DNA of 64,000 nucleotides from a virus: the IMG/VR virus record IMGVR_UViG_3300024258_000005; one strand, written 5' to 3'. Made by a program: the position numbers and the translations under genes. Under the pieces are notes generated by a model. The model was not told where the DNA came from. It ran no database searches and saw only the letters and a program-made list of their open reading frames with translations. Shown here in pieces: positions 63,232-64,000 of this stretch (position 1 is the first letter of the stretch; each line of letters opens with the position of its first letter).

Positions 63232-63360
63232 TTAGTGTGTGAAGTATGCTAGTGTAAAAATAGCACTTACATAAAGCAAACATTGAGCTACGCAAAAATA
63301 AAATATAATATTACTCTCGCTTAGTATCCGTGCCTTTATCTTTTTTATCATGTTTATCAT
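63232..63360 (-). CDS. Small putative membrane protein (missed by the track)
   Basis: MINMIKKIKARILSESNIIFYFCVAQCLLYVSAIFTLAYFTH*. Confidence 0.4.
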   Translation of the reverse strand: MINMIKKIKARILSESNIIFYFCVAQCLLYVSAIFTLAYFTH

Positions 63361-63500
63361 GTTTATAGTCCTTTTGTTAAGTCAACGAGGTGTATAAAGT
63401 ATATGTAAGTGTAAATACATAGATGTATACTTCTGGAAAGTTGTCACAAAATTTGATAATCTTTTTTAGAAATTTATACATCTCTACTGCATCGTATTCA

Positions 63501-64000
63501 TTAGAAGAAGATTTTTAATAGTACAATCAATAATATGATTAAGTACACATATTTTTTATTTTTCTCAAACCATACCGCAGTATTCTTTTTTGCACTTAAA
63601 TACCATCTATCCCATAAGTTGCCTATGAAATTATATGTTACATCTTCTATTTTACCGCCTACATCAATCTTCTTAAAAGGATTAATCGTATCAATAATAC
63701 TAGATGTTGTACTCTTTACTGTCCCTACCACTGTCTTTACTGTTCCTATTACTGACCCTATTACTGGTCTTACTACTTTCTCTTTAGTTTCATCAACTAC
63801 TTCATCAACTACTTCTTTAGTTTCATCAACTACTTCCTCAACTACTTCTTTAGTTTCATCAACTACTTTCTCAACTACTTCTTTAGTTTCATCAACTACT
63901 TTCTCAACTACTTCTTTAGTTTCATCAACTACTTTCTCAACTACTTCTTTAGTTTCATCAACTACTTTCTCAACTACTTCTTTAGTTTCATCAACTACTT
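63501..64000 (-). CDS. Repeat-containing protein with C-terminal membrane anchor (5' end outside the window)
   Basis: The frame of track ORF 63501..63731 stays open to the window edge: (KVVDETKEVVE)n repeats then YVYLIILLIVLLKIFF. Confidence 0.75.
   Translation of the reverse strand, partial: VVDETKEVVEKVVDETKEVVEKVVDETKEVVEKVVDETKEVVEKVVDETKEVVEEVVDETKEVVDEVVDETKEKVVRPVIGSVIGTVKTVVGTVKSTTSSIIDTINPFKKIDVGGKIEDVTYNFIGNLWDRWYLSAKKNTAVWFEKNKKYVYLIILLIVLLKIFF
63781..64000. repeat. 33-bp tandem repeat, about 6.5 copies, runs off the window
   Basis: tttcatcaactactttctcaactacttctttag-type unit repeated without spacers; in-frame 11-aa repeat. Confidence 0.95.

Noticed and set aside
63781-64000. 33-bp repeats as a CRISPR array
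   Set aside because: The units are contiguous with no unique spacers and are in-frame coding repeats; no cas genes are present.
1-64000. Stop-codon reassignment (alternative genetic code)
   Set aside because: Long genes are intact under code 11, and TAG/TGA/TAA all occur as plausible stops at coupled gene junctions.

Overview
This 64 kb window is a very AT-rich segment of a large (jumbo-type) tailed phage genome, encoded almost entirely on the minus strand. From about 1 to 33 kb it is a virion morphogenesis region with T4-like building blocks: tail fibre, Ig-domain structural protein, gp20-like portal, tape-measure-like protein, large terminase, gp53-like wedge, gp13-like neck, gp15-like tail terminator and an i/o-spanin pair. 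Embedded in it is a dense array of about 18 small, variable genes whose products share an N-terminal leader (M-K-x-x-L-D/N-K-x-L-I-L-E) resembling a capsid-targeting / prohead-protease propeptide; many carry Gly/Ala zipper segments. From 33 to 40 kb lies a phage-encoded multisubunit RNA polymerase beta-like subunit in two ORFs separated by two homing endonuclease genes; a probable beta-prime C-terminal piece lies at about 60 kb. The 40-64 kb accessory region holds several nucleotide-processing enzymes (Acb1-like 2H phosphoesterase, Apyc1-like MBL hydrolase, PAS-HD-GYP, HD and CYTH proteins), a ParM-like actin with a possible RHH adaptor, HU, a UvsW-like helicase, an M15 endolysin, tRNA-Glu and structured non-coding segments. 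Eight homing-endonuclease-like genes are scattered through the window. Recurrent intergenic motifs are visible: AACAAATA, AGTTA(CC/AT)ATAGAAAT, hairpin+TTCTTGT and GATC-N6-GATC. Spanins imply a Gram-negative host; Campylobacterota is a guess only. All family calls come from motif recognition by eye, and no searches were run.
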